From: a virus
IMG/VR virus record: IMGVR_UViG_3300037323_000212
Span: 6,227 to 70,226 of that record
Strand: one strand, 5' to 3'
DNA length: 64,000 nucleotides
The translations under genes were made by a program, and so were the position numbers. The stretch's first letter is position 1; every line of letters starts with the position of its first letter. The notes under the pieces are model-generated. The model was not told the DNA's origin. It was given only the letters and a program-made list of their open reading frames with translations, and searched no databases. Shown here one piece after another: positions 30,242-39,721 of the stretch.

Positions 30242-31714
30242 TTACAAGTAGCCCAAGCTGCTGGCGGTGAGCGCACCGCCTGGGTCTTGGTTGTCTGAGA
30301 TCTCACGCATGAGTGAGCTGAAATCGCTTGCGATGCCATTCAACAGCGTGTTGCTGTTCGTGCTCATGGGGGTGAGCAAGCTGTCGCAAAACGACGGGGT
30401 CACGTAGTCAATCAGCGGGTCGCCATTCAAGGACACCCGAACCAGCGTGTCGCCCAAGAGGTCGCAGCAGACCTCCACGTTAAACGAGACCTGGCCGTTG
30501 TGCGACAGGTCTCTGAGCAGCTCGTGCTCCAAGCGGTAGCACAGCGAGGTGATCGCGTTGGTCATGTCCACGTTCTCTGAGAAGCTCTTCCAGTTGGAGG
30601 GCTGGATGTTGATCGCCCCCGTCGTATCCAAATTGGTTGCAAACAGGTGCAACTTGTTCAGACCACACGCCAGCATGTAGCCCGGCATGGACTGGCTGAT
30701 TGTTGTGGCAAACAGCGTTGTGTAGTCTGTGCCCGCCCAGCTGGAGGTCTGGCCAGCTTGGTGCAGGTTCGATTGCCACAGGGGCTTGATGGGCACGGTG
30801 AGCGTGACGCTTGGATGACTCACGTTTGGGTCCAGTGCCAACAAGTCACCGTAGGTGAACCTGTAGTTCGTCCCCGTTTGGCCCTTGGACTGGAGGAACG
30901 CCATGAAGGGGTCTGCGCTGCTCTGCTGGCTCGTGACCGTGCAGCGCGCTGACTCGTACAGCTCTGAGGGCCCAGAGGTCGTGTCTGCTCGGGTTGTCTG
31001 CAAATACGAGTTCAACACTTTTGCGATGTACACGGGAGCAATCGCGTTGGAGCGCTGCGATTTGATTGCGCGCGTCGTGATCAAGTTCCTCGCGTTGGTG
31101 AGAAACGCATCCTCGCCCAACCCCTCCTGAATGATCTGGTTGTCCAGCTGGTAGTACACGTCCTCGGGTCTGAGGCCATACATCTGGTTTGGCTTTATCG
31201 CCCCATCGTACTGGTCGTGCACCAAGATGGACGAGGCGTCCACAAAGCTCTGGTGCGTTTGGTTGCCATGGGTCTGTGAGAACTGTGTCTTGCTGCGAGT
31301 TGAGTTGATTGCGTTGATCGTAAAGGTCATGGAGGGGTCCAGGTGCCCGGCCATTGACAGGCCTGCGTGGTCGGTGTAGCCGACCACGTACTCTGAGGTG
31401 ATGTTGCCCATCATGTCTTGAGACTGGATCTCCATCATGAAGCGCAGGCGCTGCGTGCCCCAGCCGTTGGCAATGCCAACGCTGCACTCAGGCGTGGCTT
31501 GAGGTTTGATGAACTGGTTGCTCACGCCTGCCATCGTGCTCGGTGTAATCGAGCTCGACCGCTCAATTGTCTCCAGTATCCTGTTGTGGCTTTGACCATC
31601 CAGCGAGCTGGTGTAGGGCCTCCTGTACTGCTCGTTGTAGGTGCCGGTCTGCGCGATGATCAACCGGTGGATTCTCATCGCCTTCATGGCGAACTGTTGG
31701 GCGTTGAGGTTCAT
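30242..31714 (-). CDS. picA: Phage-nucleus import factor PicA/Imp1 (phiKZ gp69-like)
   Basis: QTGTYNEQYRRPY and IANGWGTQRLRFMMEI motifs; directly downstream of the gp68-like gene as in the chimallivirus core block. Confidence 0.72.
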   Translation of the reverse strand: MNLNAQQFAMKAMRIHRLIIAQTGTYNEQYRRPYTSSLDGQSHNRILETIERSSSITPSTMAGVSNQFIKPQATPECSVGIANGWGTQRLRFMMEIQSQDMMGNITSEYVVGYTDHAGLSMAGHLDPSMTFTINAINSTRSKTQFSQTHGNQTHQSFVDASSILVHDQYDGAIKPNQMYGLRPEDVYYQLDNQIIQEGLGEDAFLTNARNLITTRAIKSQRSNAIAPVYIAKVLNSYLQTTRADTTSGPSELYESARCTVTSQQSSADPFMAFLQSKGQTGTNYRFTYGDLLALDPNVSHPSVTLTVPIKPLWQSNLHQAGQTSSWAGTDYTTLFATTISQSMPGYMLACGLNKLHLFATNLDTTGAINIQPSNWKSFSENVDMTNAITSLCYRLEHELLRDLSHNGQVSFNVEVCCDLLGDTLVRVSLNGDPLIDYVTPSFCDSLLTPMSTNSNTLLNGIASDFSSLMREISDNQDPGGALTASSLGYL

Positions 31715-31743
31715 TTGCTTTTCCTTTGGTGTGAGAGATTGCG

Positions 31744-33261
31744 TTATCGGCGTTGAGCGATTCGGATGACCAAATCGGCCAAGAGCACCTTGATGTTGCC
31801 CGGGCAGCTGTAGCGCCGCTGGGTCTCCTTGTGGGTCACGTGCGTGGCCATGTCATCGGGCACGGTGAGCACCCAGTCTCGCTGGCCCAGCATGGCAGTT
31901 ACGGAGTCAATGGCGAGCGCGGCCACGTTGGCGGGCTTGGTGACTTTCCTCGTGGACAGCGCGCGCCCATAGGGGTAGAGCTGGGTCAGCAGGTCCATCT
32001 GCGCCTTGGTGATCTTCGCCCTGGAGTCCGTGCCCCCCAGGGCCATGGCGCTTTCGTTGTTGCTGGCCACCGCTGTGAGCAAGCACGCAAGCTCTGCGTG
32101 CCCGTTCTCCCACAGCACCGTTTGGGCAACGGCAACGGCTGAGATGGTTGCCTGTTTGCTCAGGTGCAAGAGCCCTCGGGGTGGAAACACCGGCTTGAGC
32201 ACCCACTGGGTGAGCACGATCTGGGGCTTGCAGATCGTCTCGCTTTGCAGCGTCTGGGCGTGTTGCAGAAGTTTCTGAAAGCGCGCCACATTGGCATCGG
32301 GCTTTAGCAGCAGCAGCACCTTTAGGGGATCATCCATGAAGTACTCCAGCACCACCATGTCACCAATGGGGGCTTCTTGCTTGAGCTTGTAGCCCTCCAA
32401 GCGAGACACGTTCATGTCACTGGCCACGTTGCTGGACTCAAACTCCTTGGACTTGACCATGCCCCCAAAAGAGCCGTTGTTGCTGCCCGTGACTTTGTTG
32501 GAGACGTAGTTGAACACCAAAGTCACCAAGTGCGTCTTGGGGTTGGTGATGGTCACATCGCCCATGGACAGGCGCCTGACCACGACAAGGCCCAGCAGCC
32601 AGCTGGGGTAGGCTTGAGAGCCCACGCCTGCCATGATCGAGCTGGCCATCGGTTTGTCCGCTTGGATGTTGCGCCCTACGTACATGCGCAGCTTGTCCAT
32701 CGCCTCTGAGTTCATCAAAGGCGTCTGACTGATCAGCTGAAACGCATAGAACTCCTTGAAGAGCGTGCCGCTCTCGCGAGAGGTGCGCTTGATGAACTGC
32801 CCCCACACCGGGAGCATGGAGCGCAGGCACATCACCAAGGTGAGTAGGTGCTTGTAGTCCGATTGGATGTAGGTCTTCTCGCGCGTGCCGGTCTTCTCCT
32901 CGGAGTCGATGTACTCCGCGTGAAACGCCGAGGGCACCGCGATGTCTGAGAAAAAGCTGATCCAGTGGCTCATCTCCTCAATGGAGTGCTCCGCGTACAG
33001 CTCACTCATCAGCGGGAGCATCGCTGCAATCAGCGGGTGCACATCGGTGTGGGTGTCCAGCGCCAGGTGAATCTTGGCGTAGATGCCGTAGACCTTCTCT
33101 TGGCGGTGCCCAGGCAAGCGCGCCCAGTACTCGTTGATGTGCTTGGTCACATCGTACAACTCCCCCAGGTATTTCTTATCGAAGTTGGAGACGTCCCAAC
33201 TGAGCTCCGCGCCAGCGTGCTCGATTACGAGCTCCTTGGCGTTTTTGGACTGCATTTGCAT
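31744..33261 (-). CDS. Non-virion RNA polymerase promoter-specificity subunit (phiKZ gp68-like)
   Basis: INEYWARL, TREKTY..DY..L..LV..LR...PVWGQFI and SRLEGYKLKQE motifs; start at MQMQSK after AAGGAAAG. Confidence 0.8.
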   Translation of the reverse strand: MQMQSKNAKELVIEHAGAELSWDVSNFDKKYLGELYDVTKHINEYWARLPGHRQEKVYGIYAKIHLALDTHTDVHPLIAAMLPLMSELYAEHSIEEMSHWISFFSDIAVPSAFHAEYIDSEEKTGTREKTYIQSDYKHLLTLVMCLRSMLPVWGQFIKRTSRESGTLFKEFYAFQLISQTPLMNSEAMDKLRMYVGRNIQADKPMASSIMAGVGSQAYPSWLLGLVVVRRLSMGDVTITNPKTHLVTLVFNYVSNKVTGSNNGSFGGMVKSKEFESSNVASDMNVSRLEGYKLKQEAPIGDMVVLEYFMDDPLKVLLLLKPDANVARFQKLLQHAQTLQSETICKPQIVLTQWVLKPVFPPRGLLHLSKQATISAVAVAQTVLWENGHAELACLLTAVASNNESAMALGGTDSRAKITKAQMDLLTQLYPYGRALSTRKVTKPANVAALAIDSVTAMLGQRDWVLTVPDDMATHVTHKETQRRYSCPGNIKVLLADLVIRIAQRR

Positions 33262-33337
33262 AATTCGATTCTTTCCTTTGAATGCCTTACAAACATCAAC
33301 TCGCGTACAGCGGCATCCAGATGCGGGATACACTTTT

Positions 33338-33359
33338 ATAATAAGTGACTGAAAAAATC
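33338..33359 (-). promoter_or_regulatory. Putative early promoter upstream of the gp68-like gene
   Basis: GATTTTTTCAGTCACTTATTAT on the minus strand. Confidence 0.55.
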
Positions 33360-33420
33360 TTGAACGTCACAATCCCCCAGCGGCACCCCTGGCTAAGAGG
33401 CGCTTGGCTGGGAGGGGTGA

Positions 33421-34128
33421 TTAGAACGCCAAATCGTCCATGTTCTCGTTTGCGCCATGGGCGGGCGCTGCGTACTGAGGGGCTCGGTTGCTGCTTGGTG
33501 CCCCGCGCGGGGCACCAGGCACAAAGGGCGGGGGCTCGATGTGGTTGTGCACGAGCAAGGTCGTGATCAGATGGCGCAGCATCCAGCTGTAGGAGCGTGC
33601 GTAGGCCGTTGACATGTCCGCTTTGGTAAGCTCCGTGCCATCGGCTCGGTAGATTTTGTGATAGCGCCCGTCTGGGCCGCTGAACACAAACTTGATCACC
33701 GGCCAGCCCTCTTTGGCATCGATCACAGAGATGAACACGCACCCGTCTTGGTCTCTACCCACCCACAGGGTGTTGTCCAGCACGAGTGCGGCGCTGGGGC
33801 TGTACTCGGTGCCCTTGGGTGGGCGAAAGTTCTCGATTTTTTGCTTGGTGGGCGTGCTGCAAGCAATGGCTGCATCCAAGTTGTCTAGGAAGATACCGAA
33901 CGCAGGCGTGTCCATCGCCGCTGTGATGCGCCCCCAATTGCGCTCGGTGTTGGCGTACTCTGGGTCGTTTAGGTTCACAACCACGCGCGGGTTGTTGCCG
34001 TAGATGTCCCACTGCAGCGTGACGGGCTTGCCCGCAGCGCTGTTGGGCGGGCCCTTTAGGCGCAGTTTGGCGTGGTTCAGCGCCATTTTAGGAGGTTTGT
34101 CTGCTCTGGGGGTGTTGTAGTCAGCCAT
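33421..34128 (-). CDS. Conserved protein (phiKZ gp67/Imp6-like)
   Basis: NNPRVVV and LWVGRDQDGCVFISV motifs, acidic tail; synteny. Confidence 0.6.
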   Translation of the reverse strand: MADYNTPRADKPPKMALNHAKLRLKGPPNSAAGKPVTLQWDIYGNNPRVVVNLNDPEYANTERNWGRITAAMDTPAFGIFLDNLDAAIACSTPTKQKIENFRPPKGTEYSPSAALVLDNTLWVGRDQDGCVFISVIDAKEGWPVIKFVFSGPDGRYHKIYRADGTELTKADMSTAYARSYSWMLRHLITTLLVHNHIEPPPFVPGAPRGAPSSNRAPQYAAPAHGANENMDDLAF

Positions 34129-34183
34129 GATGGTATTTTCCTTTGTCATTTAGGGAGTGCACTTACTTGATGGTTGGGGGTGG

Positions 34184-35065
34184 TTATTTTTGTGCGAGCA
34201 TGGTCCTTAGGATGTTGGCAGTGAATTTGTCTTGCATCGTGTCGATGCAGTACCGCTGGCGGTCCACTGTCGTGGTGGCACTCGTCCACTTGTACTCATC
34301 GGCGAGCGCCAAGAGCTGCTGGCGCACGGGCAGCTGCAGGGCAAAGAAGCTGTTGGAGTCCCCCCACACCTGCAGCGCCAGGGCGTTAAAGGGGATTCGG
34401 TACAGGTCCTTGCCCCCGGTGAGTTTGGTGAACCAAGCTGCCCGGGGCTTTAGGGCCCCGGTGTGCGACTCAATCAAATCGAGCTGGCTAAAGCTGGGCC
34501 AGCTGAGCAGGTCGTGCGCGTAGTGCGTAAGAACGAGTCCTTTTCTTTTGTCGGTGGTTTTGATCAAGAGGTCAAACAGGTGCAGTGTGCCACCCAAGGC
34601 GTGTGTCTTGAAGTAGGCTTTCACCACCTCTTGCATCGTCTTCGTGTAATCCACCTGCTTGGGGGTGGAGTCCACACGCAGTTTGGCGTGTGGGTAGCGC
34701 AGGGCCATGAGCTTGTAGTTGCTGGCATAAAAATGCACCTTTGTCTTGTGGTGCGTGGCCTCAGCGACCACGCTTTTGATCAAATCGACCTCAAAGATTA
34801 GGGTCTCTAGCACATCCCCAGGCGAGACACTGGGCTCGTCTCCCTTGACGAGCGCGCTCAAGATGTTTCGGTACAGGGTGAGCAAGTTCACGTAGAGCAC
34901 CTCGTAGCTGGCCAGCTCCACGCGCGGGGGTGCCACCCGATCGGGGTCGTGTGTGGGTAGTGGCCCGTCCACCAAGGCCTCCAGCGCCAGCGAGCTGGCC
35001 AAGGAGATGGGAAACGCGCTGGTGAGCCTGCGGCTCAGCGCAGCAGTGGAGTTGTCCATCGTCAA
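34184..35065 (-). CDS. Conserved protein (phiKZ gp66-like)
   Basis: FPISLASSLALE, YVNLLTLYRN and LIESHTGALK motifs. Confidence 0.7.
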   Translation of the reverse strand: MTMDNSTAALSRRLTSAFPISLASSLALEALVDGPLPTHDPDRVAPPRVELASYEVLYVNLLTLYRNILSALVKGDEPSVSPGDVLETLIFEVDLIKSVVAEATHHKTKVHFYASNYKLMALRYPHAKLRVDSTPKQVDYTKTMQEVVKAYFKTHALGGTLHLFDLLIKTTDKRKGLVLTHYAHDLLSWPSFSQLDLIESHTGALKPRAAWFTKLTGGKDLYRIPFNALALQVWGDSNSFFALQLPVRQQLLALADEYKWTSATTTVDRQRYCIDTMQDKFTANILRTMLAQK

Positions 35066-36201
35066 AGCCTTTCAATTTCTTTTAAGTGCTCCATGCACCG
35101 AGTGATAGTGATGGCATCCAAATCGAGTCGGCCCAAGCGCGTGAGCATCAGCTCAGCAATATTGTCTGGGCGCACGTTAACGGGGACGTACGCGAAGTGC
35201 TCCAAGGCGCTTGTTGTCGCTTGCTCGTCTTGGTCTTTGTTGCCCTTGGGCAAGATGGACCACACGAGCAGGGGCCAGCGCAGCTTGAGTGTCTCCACGC
35301 TGCTCAAGATGGGGTTCAGGTGATCGGCCTCAATGCGAACGCACGACAAAGCGGGTAGTTTCTTCACTGCCCTGTCCAGCACCCGGATGTTGGCCTCGAC
35401 CTCCAAGTGGCGGCATTTTACGGTCAAATACTTCCTGGCGCCTGCGTTCTCGATGAACCTTAAGGTGTGCTCCCCGTTGGGCTGCACGATGGCTGAGACA
35501 AACCCCTTGGGGCCCTCCTCACCGTGGCACAAGCGGTCAAAGGAGCCTTGGGCGATGATTTTGCCCAAGCGCGAGTGCAGGTGAATGTGCCCAATGAAGA
35601 TCAGGTGCCTAACCAGTGCGCTGTACGCCTGCTCGCTGTGGCGGGGCACGCCCTGGATGTGCGCGGGAAGCTGGTGGTGAAAGTTGCCGTGCATGATGGC
35701 AAAATCCACTTGAGTCAAGCCCTTGGCGCCCAGCAGCTCTTGGGCTTGCTCAAGGGTTTTGTCCGTGCAGTGGTTCCACTCATCTGGCACATACAGCACA
35801 TCGATGTCAAAGGCGTCTAGGTGCTCAACGGACAGCGCTCTCACGTGACGCAAATCAACCCCAAAGCCGTGCTGCTCGTGAATGGCGTTGATGATGGTGA
35901 AGCGCTCAGACTGCCCCCTGTCGTGGGACGGGGTGCCCTCTAAGACCCGAATAACAACACCGTACTTGTGGCACAGGCGCAAGACGCGCGCCACCCAAGC
36001 GTCAATATGCGCCACGTGCTCGCACGCCAGCCCCAGGGCCTCATCGAACACATCGCCCGCCAGCACCACCAAGTCGAGTTGACTGAAATGAGCCTCACAG
36101 CTGAAATGCTTGTTCAGGTTGGCCACAATCATCTCAGCGGTGTTCCTTTTGTGCCCCAAATGGATGTCAGAGATGACTGAGAGGCGAAGTTCTTTTTGCA
36201 T
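35062..36201 (-). CDS. Mre11/SbcD-like metallophosphoesterase nuclease (phiKZ gp65-like)
   Basis: SDIHLG, LAGDVFD, EGTPSHD, MHG and FIGHIH metallophosphoesterase motifs. Confidence 0.88.
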   Translation of the reverse strand: MQKELRLSVISDIHLGHKRNTAEMIVANLNKHFSCEAHFSQLDLVVLAGDVFDEALGLACEHVAHIDAWVARVLRLCHKYGVVIRVLEGTPSHDRGQSERFTIINAIHEQHGFGVDLRHVRALSVEHLDAFDIDVLYVPDEWNHCTDKTLEQAQELLGAKGLTQVDFAIMHGNFHHQLPAHIQGVPRHSEQAYSALVRHLIFIGHIHLHSRLGKIIAQGSFDRLCHGEEGPKGFVSAIVQPNGEHTLRFIENAGARKYLTVKCRHLEVEANIRVLDRAVKKLPALSCVRIEADHLNPILSSVETLKLRWPLLVWSILPKGNKDQDEQATTSALEHFAYVPVNVRPDNIAELMLTRLGRLDLDAITITRCMEHLKEIERL

Positions 36202-36211
36202 ACGCGTGCGC

Positions 36212-36757
36212 TCACCAATCCAAGTCTGACTCTTGGGCGCGCGCGTCTTTGACGCTGGGCACCTTGGGGCCCTTGCCGTAGTGTGCCATCAGCGCGGCCC
36301 AGTCTACTTTTGCCTGCTCGGCCTCAGCGAGCGAGGCGCTTGGGGTGTAGCGGGCTGTGATCTGGTCCTCAATCATGCGCGAGGCCAGGCGCGGGCTCAT
36401 GGCCGAGCTTTGCCGGGCTATCTCAAAGGCGTGAGCAAGCGAGCCGCCCACCTTGGAGTCGGGAAACGCAATGTCCCGACTCAAGATGGGTGGGACGACA
36501 GCGACCGTTTGACCAAGCGTGTTGACCACGTTGACAGGGCTGTAGGGCGTGCCCGCAATCAAGTACCACGCGCTCAGCAGCTCAGGGGCGTTTTCCGTGG
36601 CCTCTCCACTAAAAAACGGGAGAAAGTCGCGCACAAAGATCGCCTCGGGCACGGCGGGGGTGGACTGCTCAGCGAGCCTGGCAAAGCCCTCTTTGAGGGC
36701 TTTTGTCTTCATCTTCATGTTGAGCAAAATGTTGTCAGCTATGGGGTTGGAGGCCAC
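36212..36757 (-). CDS. Conserved hypothetical protein
   Basis: VPEAIFVRDFLPFF...WYLIAGTP...VPPI motif; core-block position. Confidence 0.65.
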   Translation of the reverse strand: MASNPIADNILLNMKMKTKALKEGFARLAEQSTPAVPEAIFVRDFLPFFSGEATENAPELLSAWYLIAGTPYSPVNVVNTLGQTVAVVPPILSRDIAFPDSKVGGSLAHAFEIARQSSAMSPRLASRMIEDQITARYTPSASLAEAEQAKVDWAALMAHYGKGPKVPSVKDARAQESDLDW

Positions 36758-36807
36758 GGTGTGTTCCTGTGTAGGTTGATTGCAGTTGATGGGTGGGGTG
36801 GGTGTTT

Positions 36808-37218
36808 TTAGTAGTTGTTCAGCTTGACGATATCGGTGAGCTTGGAGTTCTCCGAGCGCAGCAGGCGGCCAAACACCGTTTGCTTGCCGTCTTCGGCCAC
36901 GCTGATGATGACCCGCAGCTCCAAGTCAGTCCTGGGGTCCCTGACGATATCGGTGGTGGTATTCACATCGACTGAGACGCTGTCATAGTACTTCGCCAAG
37001 TAGTCAAAGAGGTTTTGCTTTAAGTCGGTGAGCAAAGCGCCGATGTCTGAGCCCGAGCGCTCGATGATCCGGGGGAGCGAGGACACTCGCCCGTAGTACA
37101 GGTACGTCTGGTTGTAATCGGACAAAAAATAATGGGACAGCAAGAAATCGAACTTGCCTGAGGAGTCCCGAACAAAGCCCTGGGTGCTCAGGGTGGGAAC
37201 AGGTATGATGGTGGCCAA
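36808..37218 (-). CDS. Conserved hypothetical protein (phiKZ gp62-like)
   Basis: PVPTLSTQGFV...SDYNQTYLYYGRVSSL; probable TTG start at 37218. Confidence 0.6.
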   Translation of the reverse strand: MATIIPVPTLSTQGFVRDSSGKFDFLLSHYFLSDYNQTYLYYGRVSSLPRIIERSGSDIGALLTDLKQNLFDYLAKYYDSVSVDVNTTTDIVRDPRTDLELRVIISVAEDGKQTVFGRLLRSENSKLTDIVKLNNY

Positions 37219-37331
37219 AGGACGCTTTCTGTTGAGGGTCAAACACACGTGCGCCCAAGTTGATTGACTTGGGGGCGCATAGAATTTGAAACCCCGGCGT
37301 TTGAGCCGGGGCAAACCGAGGGGTAAGCGCT

Positions 37332-37763
37332 TTAGTCCACGGGTCCTTCGCTCATCGTGCCGTTCGGGTAGTGCAAGTAGCCGTTGTTGTCTTGCCAGAC
37401 CTTTTTGTTTTTGCGCTTCTTTGCCTCGATAGGACCGTTTGGAACGTACTCCTCAATCTCCTCAACTGGTGCAGGCATTGGCTTGGCACTCACCTTGATA
37501 GTCTTGGCGCACTTTTGTATGAATTCACCAAATGTTGCTGCACTGACCCCTTGGTCGTAACCCAGCCGTTTTTGCTCAGCAATGGTTGCATCGGCGCGCT
37601 TGATCACGCAGGTTATTACCCTGGGGTTTTTGTCCAGCCACGCTTTGGCCTTAGGCCCGAAGGCGTCGTTGATGATGTCTGAGGACTGTGCATAAGCAAC
37701 CGAGGACAGGGCCACAGCAGCTGAGGCCAAGGCGATGATGGAGAGGCGTTTGAAGTGTTTCAT
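37332..37763 (-). CDS. Signal-peptide-bearing hypothetical protein
   Basis: MKHFKRLSIIALASAAVALSSVAYA is a classic Sec signal with an AYA cleavage site; two Cys. Confidence 0.7.
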   Translation of the reverse strand: MKHFKRLSIIALASAAVALSSVAYAQSSDIINDAFGPKAKAWLDKNPRVITCVIKRADATIAEQKRLGYDQGVSAATFGEFIQKCAKTIKVSAKPMPAPVEEIEEYVPNGPIEAKKRKNKKVWQDNNGYLHYPNGTMSEGPVD

Positions 37764-38058
37764 GATTTTTAACAGTCACGTTCAGTGACCGTCCTTTGTT
37801 TGGATTGAATTACTTAGCGACTTGAAACAAATTCAAGCTGGGATACTGGTTTTTGCAGAACTCTGCTGAATGCGCCTGGTAGGTTTTGACCGCCAATTGG
37901 GGCAGAACACTGGCACTCAAGAGGACTCCGTCCGGTGCAACAACGCCGTCCATCAATTTGACGGCATCGTTCATTTTACTGTACGTGTAAGCAATGGGAG
38001 ATATAGATTTCCTAACAAGTGAATAAAGCCCCGGGAAATCCGGGGCTTTTGTGCTGTT

Positions 38059-38682
38059 TTACAGCGAGCCGCCAGACGCGGAGGTGGGGTCGTCTTTGCC
38101 AAGCTGCAAGATGAGATCCATGGCCGTCCAGGTCTGGCGGATGTCCACTTGCTCCTCGTGCAGCAAATCTCGGTCGCCCTCGTGCAGCCGGTCCAGGTAC
38201 TGCTTGCACTGCCAGTCACCTGCCTCATCAAACACAAACGCACCATCCATCACCCGGCGGTAGTCGTAGTGTGCGTCTGCGATGTCTTGAGGGCTTACAT
38301 CGATGTACGTGTCGCTGTAGCCGTCGAGCCGCTGCTGGTGGTACTGCTCGCGCACCACAGGGTTGGCCATGGCCCAGCGCTGCATCAGAAGAGAGGCGCT
38401 TTGCATTTGCTTTAGGCCAAAGAGCGTGCTGATGTAGGGCGCCGCTGCGGTGCCTTGGACGCTTTGCACGACTTCTCGGACAAAGCGAATGGCCGCGCTT
38501 CCGTTGTAGTGCTCAAAGGCCTCTCGGCTTTGCTGCATGAACGCTTTGCCCGCATCCATCAAGGTGCTGCTGAACTGGCTCCCTTGATGACGCAGGTACG
38601 CCACCGTGCCTTGGTGCTGAGCGGGGTAGGCGAGCGCATCGAACGCGTCGCCCGAGTCAAAGGCATATGTCGACATGCTCAA
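38059..38682 (-). CDS. Conserved core protein (possibly phiKZ gp59/Imp3-like)
   Basis: MQRWAMANPVVR..YHQQRLDGYSDTY...HYDYRRVMDG...DDPTS; assignment by synteny only. Confidence 0.6.
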   Translation of the reverse strand: MSMSTYAFDSGDAFDALAYPAQHQGTVAYLRHQGSQFSSTLMDAGKAFMQQSREAFEHYNGSAAIRFVREVVQSVQGTAAAPYISTLFGLKQMQSASLLMQRWAMANPVVREQYHQQRLDGYSDTYIDVSPQDIADAHYDYRRVMDGAFVFDEAGDWQCKQYLDRLHEGDRDLLHEEQVDIRQTWTAMDLILQLGKDDPTSASGGSL

Positions 38683-38972
38683 TCCTCATTGTAAGACTTT
38701 CTCTCAAAGTCGGGTGACGCCAGAGCCAACAAACCCTTCATTTCCTTCAAAGACGCGCTCATCACTTTGAGCTGATCTCCGACTGCGCGGTGCTCGGCCT
38801 TCATGGCCTTGTGCTCTTTCTTTATTTCTAGCAACTGATCGCAAAGCTGCTGTAGCTGTGTGGGGGCGAGGTCAAACGGACCTTCTTTTGTTGTTGTGAT
38901 TGACATTGACGTTTTCCTTTGGTGATGACGACGGCTGTCAGTGTTGTAATATGCGACTGACTCTTTCTTCAA
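38679..38972 (-). CDS. Small coiled-coil hypothetical protein
   Basis: 97-aa ORF overlapping both neighbours by 4 nt. Confidence 0.5.
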   Translation of the reverse strand: MKKESVAYYNTDSRRHHQRKTSMSITTTKEGPFDLAPTQLQQLCDQLLEIKKEHKAMKAEHRAVGDQLKVMSASLKEMKGLLALASPDFERKSYNED

Positions 38973-39637
38973 TGCTCGCTGAAATCGGCCTTGACAAAGC
39001 GAGACTCAATCTTCAGTAGCAGCTCCTTGTGAGCGGCCACGCGCTTGGTCACCTTGGCGTTGGCAATCACCTTTTTGTCATCGATGCCAGCGGCCTTCAA
39101 GGCCACTTCCACGCCCTCGGTCTGCACCTTCACCTCAGCGGAGAACGCGGAGTTGGCAGGCACCTCCACGCCCTCGGCGTTCTTCATGCTAACCGCGTGG
39201 TTGATGTACTGGCGCCCTCCGCGCTCAATCATTGTGGGCCACGCGGACACACGGATGTGGTCTCCGGGCTGGCAGTTGTCGAGCTTGACCATCAAGCGCT
39301 GGGCCACATCGCCCTTTAGGTCCACCGACATCAAGAGCTCCTCGGTGGCGTTTCTCACGCCCACCCGCAGCTTGGGGTAGGTGTTACCCGCGCCGTCCTT
39401 GTTCTCCACAAAGCCCACGTGAATCAACTCGCCCTCGAACTGCACGGGCTCAATGTTTGCTTGTTTCAGCTCCAAGTTTGCCGCTGCCGTGGCCCCCGTG
39501 GCCTCTTTGGCCGAGTAGCCGCGCTTCCACGTGTCACCACCAACGCGCACGCGTGCGGCAGCGATCGCTTTGTCCAGTGTTTCGTTTTGAGCGTAGAAGC
39601 CCCCAACGATGGTCGAGTACAAGATCAATGATTTCAT
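38969..39637 (-). CDS. Hypothetical protein
   Basis: 222-aa ORF with host-like codon usage; no motif recognised. Confidence 0.7.
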   Translation of the reverse strand: MKSLILYSTIVGGFYAQNETLDKAIAAARVRVGGDTWKRGYSAKEATGATAAANLELKQANIEPVQFEGELIHVGFVENKDGAGNTYPKLRVGVRNATEELLMSVDLKGDVAQRLMVKLDNCQPGDHIRVSAWPTMIERGGRQYINHAVSMKNAEGVEVPANSAFSAEVKVQTEGVEVALKAAGIDDKKVIANAKVTKRVAAHKELLLKIESRFVKADFSEH

Positions 39638-39721
39638 AAGCTGTCACCACCGCCACACCACCCAGTTGGTGTTCTAGACCGACCAAGGGCGTGAGGTGGT
39701 TTTCCTTTCTTTAAGAGGCAG

